A program made the position numbers and the translations under genes. Of a stretch of DNA of 64,000 nucleotides, positions 15,545-29,236 are shown one piece after another. How positions within the stretch are numbered: the first letter of the stretch is position 1; the number at the start of each line of letters is the position of its first letter. This DNA is from the human T2T-CHM13v2.0 reference genome, Homo sapiens, in assembly GCF_009914755.1 (NCBI RefSeq), contig NC_060936.1; one strand, 5' to 3'. A model generated the notes under the pieces. It did not search any database. It saw nothing but the letters and a program-made list of their open reading frames with translations, and was not told the origin of the DNA.

Positions 15545-17100
15545 GCGCTCGGGCTCCGGAGCCGCGCGCTGCGGCGCCGCCGCGCACCCCGCCCTCGGCC
15601 GCGGGGCCCGGCGCGAGCGAAAACGCGGAGCGCGGACGCCGCCGCGGGATCGAGGCCGCTGGGCGCGCGCCCACGCGTACCCCGGCTCGGCCCTGAAAGC
15701 GAGGTCGGGCCCGGCTCGGGCCGCGCCCGGGGGCAGGGCTGCGAGCAGGCCTGGGACCGACTCCACGCGCAGCCAGTGGGGCAGAGCAGCAGGCGGATTA
15801 TGCGCAGGGAGAAAAAAGTTCACCAACCGCGGTCCAGAGTCGCAAGTGCGGCTCGCTCGGAGCCTCTGCCCCGCCCCCGATTATAAGCCTTTTTTTTTTT
15901 TTTTTTTAACCAACAATCCCGATGGACTGAAACACAGGAAGAGTGAAGGGACGGGGTGGGGGGTGGGGGAGAGACAAACCCAATTTCCTCTGATCAAACG
16001 ATTTGGGTAGGGGTGCCTATTTGAGTTCCTTCTCCTTCGGGGGGTGTGTGAAGGGGGCAGTTAATTAAACACTTAGATTCCTTCCGGCGCGCCTTGCCGA
16101 GCTGGGGACCCGTTTGGACTCGATCCTGTCTCGTGTAATCCCACAGGCTGGTCTGAGTCTCTGCCCCGGAACCGGAGGAGTGATCTTTCAGAGCAAGAAG
16201 CCAAAGTTCAGCCTCTAGTCCGTTCCCTTCCCCGCCTCGACGGCCCTGGTCGTCTCCATGAAAACTCAGTGTGGGGGATCGTGCCCGCGAAAACCTCAGC
16301 CCACCGCAATGTCCAGAGCCTGACCCAAGTGAACGTGGCGCACTTAAAAGCGGGTTCAAAGCATTGATCCGAACACGGTGACAATTTTTCACTGGCCAAA
16401 CTACTCTCCACATTTTCAGTCTGCTCAATTCCCAGAGCTGGGCTCTCAGGCGCACTCACCCACGTTGAACTGGGGCTCAGCCTGTTTGAAAGTTCTGCCC
16501 TGACATTTGTGTCACACTAAACCTTAGAACCCCCCACCCTCTCCAGTTCCGGATCGGTGGAGTCTCACCGTGTGGGTACTATTTCCCTGGACTGCAGAGG
16601 GCAGACACAGGCGGCAGCTGTTAACCCGAACTTGACAGGTGCCTCTGCAAAGCCAGGGCTTCCTTGACCTCTCCATCCTCTCCACAACGCTCTAGGATAC
16701 TGTATCATCTTCCAGGAAGATGAGGATGTGTGTGGGGGGAGTGTGGAGGGAGGTGTTGACTGATGCAATTTTTATCCTTTTAAGAAAAATCAAAACTGCC
16801 AGTCTCAGAATTTCTCAGAACATCAAGTCTTTTCGATTTTCGTTGGGAATAAAGCAAAGGAATACTCAGCAAAAATGGAGCCGATGAAAAGAGAATGCAA
16901 GGAAATAAAGGCAAATGGAGGAGGAAACTGTCTAAATCCAGGAAAATGTATGGCTTCAGCACTGTGCTCTATAATTCTGACTCAGATCTCCCCACGCTGT
17001 AGATACTTTCTCCTGTCTAGATGCCCAGGCAGAGTTCCTGAGCTCAGATCACTCAGGAAACAAGGCTGTTGCTTTTGAAATAATTCCACTTGCTAGCGTT

Positions 17101-17101
<1 letters not shown>

Positions 17102-17138
<37 letters not shown>

Positions 17139-17362
17139 AGACGGAGTTTCGCTCTTGTCACACAGGCTGGAGTGCAGTGGCGCGATCTCCGCTCACTGCA
17201 ACCTCCGCCCCGCCCCCGTGTTGAAGCGATTCTCCTTCCTCAACCTCCCGAGTAGCTGGGATTACAGGCACCTGCCACCGCGCCCAGGTAATTTTTGTAT
17301 TTTTAGTAGAGACAGTTTCCCCATGTTGGCCAGGCTGGTCTCGAACTCCTGACCTCAGGTGA
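17102..17362 (-). mobile_element. AluS, 5'-truncated, with long poly-T
   Basis: Alu body ends abruptly at 'cctgacctcaggtga'. Confidence 0.92.
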
Positions 17363-17759
17363 CGAGAATCTGGGAAAGAACAAACCAGGTTTTCTTGCCC
17401 CTCAGCATTTTATTGGAATTGGCCTTTGAAGTTGTGTCTGTTTATCTTGCTGGGGTTACAAATGCTTCTATTAAGCTATCAACTTTTAGGTTCTATCTAA
17501 CCTCCAGAACTGCCAAAGAAAATTTCACTACCTCCATAGGTGAAATAAATCTTATTGCTGTACAGTGACTTCACAAAGGTTTTGTTTGTTGAGCATCTAT
17601 TATGTGGAGCAGACACCCTGAGCACTGTGGATGATACATGGTCATTCCCTCTGGAGGATTACTGCCTCTTTGGACTGTGTGCTGGGCAGCATCTTTTGGA
17701 TCCATTGCAAAGGTGAATACTTGGCCTTCAACCGGGACTCATAAAATTACTCCGGCCAG

Positions 17760-17930
17760 TGCATGTGATGGTCTGAGGTCACAACAGTCTGATTTCAAAT
17801 TTCAGCCCCACCGCTTACCAAATGTAGCCTGGGGTAATGTAGTTAACCTCTCTCAGGCTTAGTTTCTCATTGGTAAGTGAGGGTAATAATATTCAGCTCA
17901 GGGAACTGTTGGGAAGATTGAATGCTGCAG
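17760..17930 (+). mobile_element. MIR
   Basis: 'gttaacctctctcaggcttagtttctcattggtaagtgagggtaataat'. Confidence 0.65.
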
Positions 17931-18203
17931 AAATCACTGGAACGTTTGTATTTCATTTTATAAGGCATCTTCTCACAAGCACCCTTCTCTATAGCAGCCT
18001 CCATGCAAAATCCCACAAGTAGAAAAGAACTGTTTTTTATTTAATCTGAAAAAGCATTCTTCATTGTGAACTCTTGAATTGCTCCTGGGTCTCTTTTTCT
18101 TTTTTCTGAGTCTGTTTTATTAATGGTGTTATTTTCTTTGTCTTTACAAAGCAACATGATGTCATACCTTTTGTAAGAAATCAATTCACTTAGAGAATGT
18201 CTA

Positions 18204-18670
18204 CTTTTCTTTTTTGAGACACCCTTGATCTGTCACCCAGTCTGGAGTGCAGTGGTGATCACAGCTCACTTCAGCCTCAAACTCCTGGGCTCAAGTGATC
18301 CTCCCGCCACAGCCTCCCGAGTAGCTGAGACTACAGGCATGCACTACCGTACGTGGCTAAGTAACTTCTTTTTATTTTATTTATTTATTTGAGATGGAGT
18401 CTTGCTCTTCGCCCAGGCTGGCGTGAAATGGCACGATCTTGGCTCACTGCAAACTCTGACCCCAGGGTTCATGCAATTCTCCTGCCTCAGCTGCCCGAGT
18501 AGCTGGGACTACAGGTGCATGCCATCACACCCAGCTAATTTTTGTATTTTTAGTACAGACGGGGTTTCGCCATGTTGGCCAGGCTGGTCTTGAACTCCTG
18601 ACCTCAAGTGATCCACCTGCCTTGGCCTCCCAAAGTGCTAGGATTACAGGCATGAGCCACTGAGCCTGGC
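18204..18670 (-). mobile_element. AluJ right arm (18204-18360) plus full AluS (18365-18670)
   Basis: Two adjacent reverse-strand Alu segments. Confidence 0.9.
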
Positions 18671-18699
18671 TGCAACTTCTTTTTAAAAATAACATTTTT

Positions 18700-19488
18700 G
18701 TGTGTTGAATTGTGTCCTCCAAAACTTCATGTTGAAGTCCTTAACTGCAGTACCTCAGAATGCAACCTTATTTGGAGATAAGGTCTTTGCAGAGTTAATC
18801 AAGTTAACATGAGGTCACTAAGTTCAGTCCTAATCCAATATGATTTTTATCCTTATAAAAAGGGGAAACTTGGGCAGGCATAGTGACTCATGCCTATACT
18901 CCCAGCACTTTGGGAGGCTGAGGTGGGAGAGTCACTTAAGCCCAGGAGTTTGAGATGAGCCTGGGCAACAGGCAACACAGGGAGATCTTGTCTCTCCAAA
19001 AAAAAAAAAAAGGAAAAAAAAGAAAGAAATCGCCAGGTGTGGTGGCATGGGCATGCACCTATGTTCCCAGCTACTGGAAGGCTGAGGCAGGACAATCACT
19101 TGAGCCCAGGACATCGAGGCTGTGGTGAGCCATTATGGTGTCCCTGCACTCTAGCCTGGGCAATACAGCGAGACCGTGTCTCAAAAAGAGGTGGGGAGCA
19201 GAATTTGGAGACAGACATGCACACAGGGAGAATACCACATAGAGGTGAAGGCGGAGATCAGGGTGATGCTTCTGCAAGCCAAGGAACATCATTGATTGCC
19301 AGCAAATTACCAGAAGCCAGGAGAGAGGCACGGAACAGATTCTTCCTCACAGCTCTCAGAAGGAACCAACCCTGCCCACACCTTGATCTCAGACTTTCCA
19401 CCTGCACAACTGTAAGACAATAAATTTCAGTTGTTTCAGCCACCCAGTTTGTGGTACTTTATTATGGTAGCCCCAGCAAACTAGTACA
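18700..19488 (+). mobile_element. MLT1B-like MaLR solo LTR interrupted by AluJ (18872-19187)
   Basis: Start 'tgtgttgaattgtgtcctccaaaa'; end 'aataaatttcagttgtttcagccacccagtttgtggtacttt...aaactagtaca'. Confidence 0.85.
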
Positions 19489-19799
19489 ATACCCAACCAT
19501 GTCATGCTCTGAATGTGTCGTGGCTCACTAAAGAGGATTTTCATATTTAGATGAAGAATTCGTGACAGTGTGGGCCACAAGCTTGAGAATTAAGCAACAA
19601 TCAGACAGTGTTGGCAGTCTTTGTTTGATTCCCAGGTCTGTTTGATTCCTAGGATTTGCTTGGCGTCTGCTCCCTGTGTCTCTTGTTCATCCACATCTGG
19701 GACTCCTTTCTTTGACTTGCAGACCCAGCCCCAACCAGTGTTTGCAGGGTGAATCAGTGTTGACCCTATAATGATCTGCAAGGGCCTGGCTGTCAGGCG

Positions 19800-20110
19800 T
19801 GCTCCCGGGCTGCAAATCCTACTTATGCTCTTCAGGGCTTTCAGGATAGAGTGCACACTCCTTGGATTAGTTCTAAAGGTCTTTTATATTTGCACTATGC
19901 CTATCTCTCTGGCTTATTTTTTTTTTACTACTCTCCACCCTTGTTTGCTCTAACCATATTAAGCTATTTACAGTTCTTCAAAAGCATCAGGCTGTTTTAT
20001 GACTCTGTGCTTTGAAAATACCTAGAATGTTACCCACTGAAAATTGCCCTCTTTATTAGCTAACTCCTGCTTATCCTTTACCATTCGACTCAAACATCAC
20101 CTTCTTGGTA
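19800..20110 (+). mobile_element. L2 fragment
   Basis: 'taactcctgcttatcctttaccattcgactcaaacatcaccttctt'. Confidence 0.5.
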
Positions 20111-20119
20111 GTCCATTGA

Positions 20120-20800
20120 TGTGCATTATTTATTGTTTTGTCTGCCAAGCTTGTTTCTCCTTCTTTGTAATGCCCCCAATTTCCCTTGAGGAACCATCAT
20201 CTCCCACTGTCAGTGCACATGGATTAGTTGGAGACTCATCCCTGGTTTTGGTGTTAGGATCAGGTGACCCAGACCTGGAAAATTAGAGCACTGGATCCCC
20301 TGACCAAAAGATTAGTTCAGGGATGGGCATGTGACCCAGGTCAAGTATTGGGATTTGTGCATGAGCTTTTAGTGATGCCATAACAACAACTTCAACAAGT
20401 ATTTATTGATCACTTATATACCAGCCACTGCCTTGCTGGGAATTCAACAGTAAACCAAATATCCAAAGTCTCTATCTATCCTTATGGATTTTTTATTCAT
20501 AGACAGGAGATATTCTCTTGTTCTTCTGTCTTTTAAACATACATCTTGGAATGCAAAGGTCTAGATTCCAGAAACTATTTTGTCACCACAGGAAGCCTGA
20601 GCATTGAGCAAGCATGAAGGAGGATAGAAGGGAGAGATGGTGAGAGAACAGGATCTGATGGCATGATTTGAGCTCCTGGATCAAACTCTACCTGAAAATG
20701 AACTACCACTAAACTTTTCAGTTAATTTAATATTTTGTTGTCATTTAAGCCAGTTTGGGGTTTAAGTGACTTACAAATTAAGGAGTACCGTTTGGTACAC
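20120..20800 (+). mobile_element. Old MLT1 (J/K-like) LTR with an internal L2 fragment
   Basis: 'ttcagggatgggcatgtgacccagg'; end 'tttaagccagtttgggg...gtgacttaca'. Confidence 0.55.
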
Positions 20801-21312
20801 CCTTCCACCATTTAGAGGCTACTTTTCTCTGTTGAACCTTATACTCCTCTATCATTTTGTTTATTCGATTAGTTATTCCTTTATTCCGGAAAAGATTTAT
20901 GTCCACTTACTGTTATGTACCCATAACACATAGCAAGTTAGCATAACTTGAAAGTAGATATGAAAGATGAGAAAAATAAATGAGACAAGTTCATAAAATT
21001 CATCCCATAAAGAGTGAGACACGATTTAGTTTTCAGATTTCTAGCAGCCAATGTGACGATGGTTATATAATTCCTACACAATGGAAAAGGTATCTAAATT
21101 AAAACAATCCTGTTCTTAGGAGAAGTATGACTATTAGTAAATTGAAGAGCAGAAAGAATCACCCACACCCCAGGTCCACGTGAAGAAGGCTCTAGAGAAA
21201 TGATGAATAACATCCTCACAGAGCACTCACAATGTGTTTCTTGGGGATGTTTCTCAGAGCACCCATGAATTCAATGAAATTTATTTTTTAGAAGAGCAAT
21301 TTAATTACTTCA

Positions 21313-22170
<858 letters not shown>

Positions 22171-25100
22171 ACCTACCCTCAGCTAAGTTTTAAGCTCCCC
22201 AGAGCAAACTGTGCTTCATGCAGCCCTAGAGTCCCACCACTAAGAGGTTTAAAGGAGGCCCTCGAAGGGTCTGATGGGTGGGCTTTGGGGATCCCAGGAG
22301 GATTCAGCAGTTTATAATAGTTCTGTAAAGCAGACCAAGCTGATCTGCACTTCCTTCAGGCAATCCTCCACAAATATGCTTTCACCAGGCTTTTGGGAGT
22401 ATGGCCAGCAGCGATTTTGAGATTATAATCCTTGGGCAATACTCAACTATTCCGTGTTGTTCATTAAAAAATGAATTATATATTTTCACAGTCAACTGAG
22501 CTGAATTGATAATTTCATAAAAAGCTGAGTTTACTTAGTACATATGCAAGAATTGAAGGCCATTTCCCCTCTGCTCAAAGATGAGCGGAAGGAGGACATT
22601 GGGTCAGAGTTCATTCCTTTGTCACAGCAATCTTTATCATCTTTGATTTGCTGCCTTTTCCATTAGTTTGTTCCTTGAGGGCAGAATGCTGCCTAATTCA
22701 ATGTTGCGACTCCAGTGCCTGGCACAGTAACTAGAACAGAGTAGGTGCTCAGTATCCACTGAAAGATAAATAGATACTGGGACCTTAATGGAGAGCTGGT
22801 GGGGAGAAGGGAGTGAGGTGGGGGCAGGTAGGGCTGGCCAGCCCATACCCTAAGGTGATCCAGCCAAGCCTAGTGTGGTTCACAGTGTGAAGGAGATCGG
22901 GGCCATATATTTGGGCAGTAGAGTCAGCATTAGGATGGGGAGGCGGTGAACTAGGTGAAGCAGCAATTAGGGGAGTCTAACCTCCCAGGAAGAGGAAATG
23001 TCAGGTTGTTATGGTTCAACCAATGGAGCTAAGGTTCAAGTGTGGACCACAGTGCCAGTGGCCAAATTAGGAAGCAATGTGGAATCCAATGGTGTTTACA
23101 TGTGATGGAGGCACAGCTGTGGCTTGAAGGAGCTCCATAGCACATACCCAACTTCTGGAAACAAGATTAATTTCAGACCTCTACCAGAAAAATGGAAGGG
23201 CCGAGACTGGAAAATAGATTGGTGGTTGGTTTATTTTGGTTCTCTGACTCTGGCTTTCTTGTTTATACTTCAAACCCACAATATGAAATATGATTTCACA
23301 TACCTGTGAGTTTGAGAAAGAGAGAGGAAAAGGAGAAATAAATGTCCTTTTTGCTCAAAGCTACTAATCTAATTTTATTTCAGATCTTCTTGGTGCAATG
23401 TAGAGACACTCAAGACTAATTTATTTACTTCAGGAGCTTACAAAAACAAGATTGAGTGACATGCTGGCTTCTAATGTTCTTTTGGGAAATATCTTGGGTT
23501 AAATGGTGCTTTCATTTTCTATTTTTTCATATAAAAAGAACTCTGGGACTTGTAGTTGAGTGACTGAAGGAGGACTAAAATCAATCCTCTACCTCTGAAA
23601 GTTGAGATCTTAGATTTTACTATATATTCTCTCATTCCTATAAAAAGTAGCAGCTCCTGCTGCAGAATGTTGCTTATTCTGCTACTTTTGACCCCAGGCC
23701 TGAAGAACTCCTATAGATAGCACGTGAAGTTCCATAAATATCTTCAAGTATGACCTACAATGACTACATTAGCTTTTCCTCTCACTAGTGCTGTTGCTGG
23801 GGCAGAAGTTCCCAGAGGTCTGAGTTTAAAGAATTCCACCCCTCCTAGGCACACTCGTACCACCAACCACAACTCCCAGCCCGAGCTCAGGATCTGTGGG
23901 GCATTAAAGTAAAACAAAACTCAAGAAAGCATAAGAAAAAACGTGACATGTTCAATAGTGGTTATGGGTTGTAAGTATCAAAAACTTTCAAATAGAGATG
24001 ACTACATTTACACTCCATTTTCTTCTGGAAAAATTATTGGTTTTGCTCACCAACTCTGAAAATCCAGATATAGCAGTAGATGCTAGGAAGGAGTTAGGAG
24101 CAACTTGAAGCAGCTCTCATTTTTGAGCTCCTGGGAACTGGTTCCCAGGCCAGCACCTCCGCCACCAGGATGTGGCTTTCTGGTGAATGAGAGCCACCGA
24201 TGGGCCTAGAAATTAGTCTTTTATGTTAGTGTGCTAACCATGTGACTAGAACACATTCTCCTCTACATTAGTGTCCTAAAGCATTAGCAAAATAATATGT
24301 CACTCATGATGCGACTGAGTGAAATGTATAAAGGAAATTGGTTTACTAAACCCATTAGGTTAAAAGGCAAATGGGAGACTAAAACAATAATCAAATGACA
24401 ATATTTTAATTTTTAGGATTAGTTATCTGACAGGAAATTTCTCTTTTAATTTAATTTCTACATTTTAAAACAATGAAGTTTAAGGAGCCTTAGAGAGAAA
24501 CACACAAATCAGCACACTTAGTCCTTTTTATAGAGTTTCAGGGTTCCAACCCACTCTTGCTAAAAAGTACTATTTCAGCCACCAAAACAGAATAATTCAA
24601 TATGAGAAAAAAAAAAAAAAAAAAAAGCCCATGGAGATAAGGAGCTAAAATGAAGTCAAAGAATCGGGAATAAATTTTCCCCAAATGAATGACTCAAGAT
24701 GTGAGATCCCAGCCTATACTTCTGCCTGGCACTTGAACTCCTACATTTGCAAGTTGTATGAAATCTCCTCTAATCTAGAATTGGAATTTGCCTGTAAGCA
24801 GCTATAGTTTTCTTATTCTTACTGTCTGGTTAAATAGGTTAAAGCAGGCAGGCAAGCCTGTCAGCAGGGCCTGAGAGAAACAAGAATGTAGTGGGAATCA
24901 GGAGAGATGTGTGAGTGACAGTGTTAGGGGGAAAAGGAAGAGAAAGGAGAGGTAACTCTCAAAACACAGCCAGAGGAAACGAAGCTCTTGTTACAATCAT
25001 GGCAGAAAGGTCTTGATACTGTTTTTCCCCAGAACTGAGGTGGATGCTCTATGGAAGCACCCTCCATAGAGGCAAAGTTGTTGAAAACTGATCTAAGTCA

Positions 25101-26309
25101 TATGATTTTACGTAGTGCAACTGCCCATCAATGGATTCAGGACTGGCACTTGGCAAGTTTTTTATTATTATTATGAATATTATTTTTATTAGAGTACTGA
25201 GGGTTAATAACAGAAGACTACATTTTCTTCTCACTTTTTAAATTAGAGGCTGACATTGATTTAAAATGTCTAACAGAAAGCCATGGCTTATTCCTCACTG
25301 ATTTATGAGCATCAAAGGATGGGGAAGCTAGCCGCATTCTTGTCATTTCAGTGGTTCATTCTCTCCTTATTCTGAGTGAGGTCTTCTAGTATATTGGCTA
25401 TGTGGCGTCTAAGTTTTGATCATCTCTACCGTTCACCTGGCACTTTGCACATCTGCTCACAATACTTGGCATGTTTTCAGTGTGTTTTAAAGCTCTGATT
25501 AGGTTGTTGGCCCATGGAGGGCAGGAGTCATTTCCTAGACTTTTTTTATATCCCTCACATACGCCTATGCACTTGGTACTCTGTCTGCACGTAAACTAAA
25601 TGTAATGAATATTGGTTGATTACCGTTATATTTTTTCAGCATGTAATTCCATATCTTGATATGCTCTTACACAAAATCATAGTTTTTAGATCTAGAAGAG
25701 CTGTAGGGGATCATTAGTCCAAGCATGTCATTTTATAGAAGCAGAAACTGAGACTTCTCAAAGAGAGAAAATGCGCTCACAGTTACATGGCACAGTGGGG
25801 ATTAGAACTTGGCCATCAGACTTCTGCTTTTTCCTTTTGTCCCTTCCCAGTTGGAGAAACTAGTGTTTAAGGAAAGTTCAAGAGACTAGGGAATGAGTGG
25901 TAAAATGGATTAGCAGCATACACCATGAGCTGGTAAGTCACCATTCTCAGTTTTGTGTATAATAAGGATTATGTAAGCATGGCCTAAGTCATTCTGTATG
26001 TCACTCAATACTAAAGGGTAATCAGGCAGGCTTCTCTGCCTTTGTGCAGGGCAAAGAGAATGTTCCACAGGCACGTGCCTAAATATGAAGAAGAGAATAA
26101 GGCAGCGAAGAGTGTGCCTACCTGCTTTCTTCCTCAAGGCCTGGGCTCCATGGTTTCTGTAAAGGCTCTTTTTAGGCAGTTATTTCTGGGCCACTAGGCA
26201 AGGTGAAAACATTCTTTTCCTTGACCACAATCCAAAAGGGAACATGCGAGAGATTTTATTCTGTTTGCATCTCAACTGAGGGTCTTCCTTTCTCCTCCTT
26301 GCTCTTCCT

Positions 26310-26800
26310 TCTGAGAACATTTATTGATCACCTACTGTATGCTGAGCACAATGCTAGGTAGACAATGGGGAGGCAATTGCAAGAAAGATGGCAGTGCTGT
26401 TCTTGAGCTTACAATTTTATTAGGGAGACAAATATTCCAGGAATGATGAATGGTGAGATACGTGCTAAAAGAGGTATCTCCAAAGTGTCAATGGGAGCAC
26501 AAAGGAAGGGGGTAACTAATGACATCTGTGAGGCCAGGCAAGCCTTTTGGAGGAAGTGACATTGAGTCTTTATGAACGAATTATTGTGGGAGGGATCATT
26601 TTGATGGAAAAAGTGGTCCTGGTTGGAGGGGCAGCATGTGCACGCTCATGAAAACATGAGGTGAAATGGTGTGTTTAGGAACCCAGAAGTAGTCTGATGG
26701 GGTAGAGAGTAGGGGAAAGCACAAATCTAAAGAACGCTGGATGCTGTGCTAAGGAGTTTATATTTTAGCTTTCGGAGATGGGGAGGAAGGAGCCAACAGA
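26310..26800 (-). mobile_element. L2 3' fragment
   Basis: 'acatttattgatcacctactgtatgctgagcacaatgctagg'. Confidence 0.65.
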
Positions 26801-27241
26801 GCAGAAAGTGACTATACTAATGTCCTTTTTTCAAAGTAACACGAGGTACTGAATATAAATAGCACGGCTAAAGAAAAAAATATATCTGAGCTCATTTCTT
26901 TTTCCTATAAAGATAAAAATTACTTCTTGGAGATCCTTTTGCAATTGTTAGGTTTTCCCAAGTGGTATGCAACGGTATTTTTAGAAATCAAATCATGTTT
27001 CTGATTGATTTGAAATGTATTTTTAATGTTAATGGAAAGGGTGATGGACTGGGAATTATGGAGACCTGGGTTCTAGGTCCTGGGCCACCATTAACAGGGC
27101 ATAGTAACAGTAGCATATTCCTCATTCACCATGTGAGGGGATGGGAACAGGAACTTTCAGCACTAAAGTTTAGTGTGTGACCCTGTGTATGTGTATGGTG
27201 CGTGTTTGTGTGTGTGCATTTGTGTGTTTATATCTAGCCTA

Positions 27242-27440
<199 letters not shown>

Positions 27441-29236
27441 ATGTTTTTTTAATAAAGGCATTCATACATTCAGAGTCAAAGCCTGAAACCTAGATTCAAA
27501 GACAAAAGTCAAGTAGTAAAGAGTGCAGAGGGATAACATAGGGTTGCTAACTTTTAATTTGGCCAAATAAGGATATAATAAAAGTAAACAAAGCAAAGCC
27601 TAGTCATTCTCAACAACAAATGGGAAGGAAATAATGGCAGAATAAAGAACAGTCTTCTAAGTTGCCATTATGCCATGAAATTCTTACTTAAATTTTATTA
27701 ATTTTCTGAATAGATAATATATGCATAAGTTTCAAAATTCAAGAGGTAAAATGTGTATATGGTGAAAAGTCTCCCTCTCACCTTTTCTCCTAACTACCCA
27801 GTCTTTCTCCCCAGGCACTGTACTTTCTAGATGCCAAGATAAGGTAGGAAATATGACTAGTTGCAAAGCCCTCAAAGATCAAGGTTTATCACAAAAGAAA
27901 GGCTTTAAATTTCTTTTTTCAAAAAAATTCTTAAAAGGGAGAATTTAAGCTCTTAAGAAATTTGTCAAAAGGATGCCTATACAAAGGATCTGGAGTAAAA
28001 TAACGAAGAATAAACTCAGGAGTTGCTACAGACAATGTGGGGGATTTTCTCATTTCTGAGCTCTTCATCTCTTAAAGAATTTAAATAAATACTTAATTGA
28101 ATTCCCCAAATTCTACCCCATTAAGAAATGCAGAGGACAGACTTTGACCTGGAGTATTTTGAGGAAAGAGATTACCCAAATTCCTATTTACTTCTTCTCT
28201 AGAGAAGTCTTAATTTAACTCCTGAATCATGTTTGATTTTGAATACACAAAAGTCACAGCCTGACTTTTGTTCCAGGATAATTCAGCTCAGAAATGAAGT
28301 CCTATATATCTGAGTGGGGGAAATCTTTTAAATAAAATCGTTTAGTGTTATCCATTTATATGTGACAGTGTATCTGACAAAGGAGTTGCGTTTGACATAA
28401 TTACTATTTAGCTGTCCTTCTAGGCTATAATTGGTCAACGGGTTCAACTGCTTTTAGAGGCCACTCCTGAAATGTGAAAGTGGTGTCGTATAATCAGTAT
28501 GTAGAAAGGATCCTGATCCTCTGTTGGCCAAAGTAGGCACCTTGGATTTGGAGCTGGTACCAAACAGTTCAGGTACCAGTTAATACCGGGGGGAGGGGGC
28601 GGTTATGGTCAACTCCCTTACGTGGCACTACCAATGATGTTACTGTTGGTCAGAAAGCGAATCCTGTGCTGGCTCTGATTCTCAGACTAGTAGGAAAATA
28701 AATGTTGTGAAGGAGCATTAAAAGCCTTGGATCAATGCACATCGCATGATGTAGCCATAAATCATGACCTGTAGAATAAAGAACTGACATCAGATCAATA
28801 ATTGCCAGAAAAATTAAATTTTTCATTACTTGAAACAGAAAAGTAATGGTTGAGTGGTTAAACCTAAAACCTTCCTTCACTTCAGGTGACTGGGAGACCC
28901 AGCTCTGTAATTTGTTGAAGAGAAAGCAGCTGGCATAGAATTTTGAGGGAATGAGATAAGTTAAACTGGGTAGATCTTATTTCTATTTTTAGTAGTCTTT
29001 GAGTCCATCAGTTAATGGAGATACAGATTTCTTCAGGGCCTGTCAATTACAGTAGAGGTTAGAGAGCCCCAGTGACAATTCTTCCTTGGGGGTCCTCCTC
29101 TGCTTAAGACATCTCTTAGGGAGAATTTTGGAGTCTGCAAAACAAGAGGTCCTGTCCCAAAGCTGCCACAGCAGAGACAAACATTGACAGGGATCTGTGA
29201 TTCACGGTTCCTCCCACTGCAGTCCTGCTGGGAGCA

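Larger units (their letters stand above)
14730..16460. promoter_or_regulatory. CpG island promoter of a minus-strand gene (probably PRICKLE1)
   Basis: Sharp rise in GC and CpG content against AT-rich flanks; GC box near 15870; TTATAA at 15881-15886; contains a first-exon splice donor. Confidence 0.9.

Noticed and set aside
14682-16459. Long overlapping ORFs (299, 209, 172, 165, 159, 153 aa) in the CpG island
   Set aside because: Stop-poor GC-rich DNA; Arg/Ala/Gly/Pro-biased translations in many frames, mostly non-ATG starts, no recognisable domain.
16710-16820. Two GAS-like 9-mers (TTCCAGGAA, TTCTCAGAA) near the promoter
   Set aside because: TTCNNNGAA occurs often by chance in 64 kb and there is no further support.
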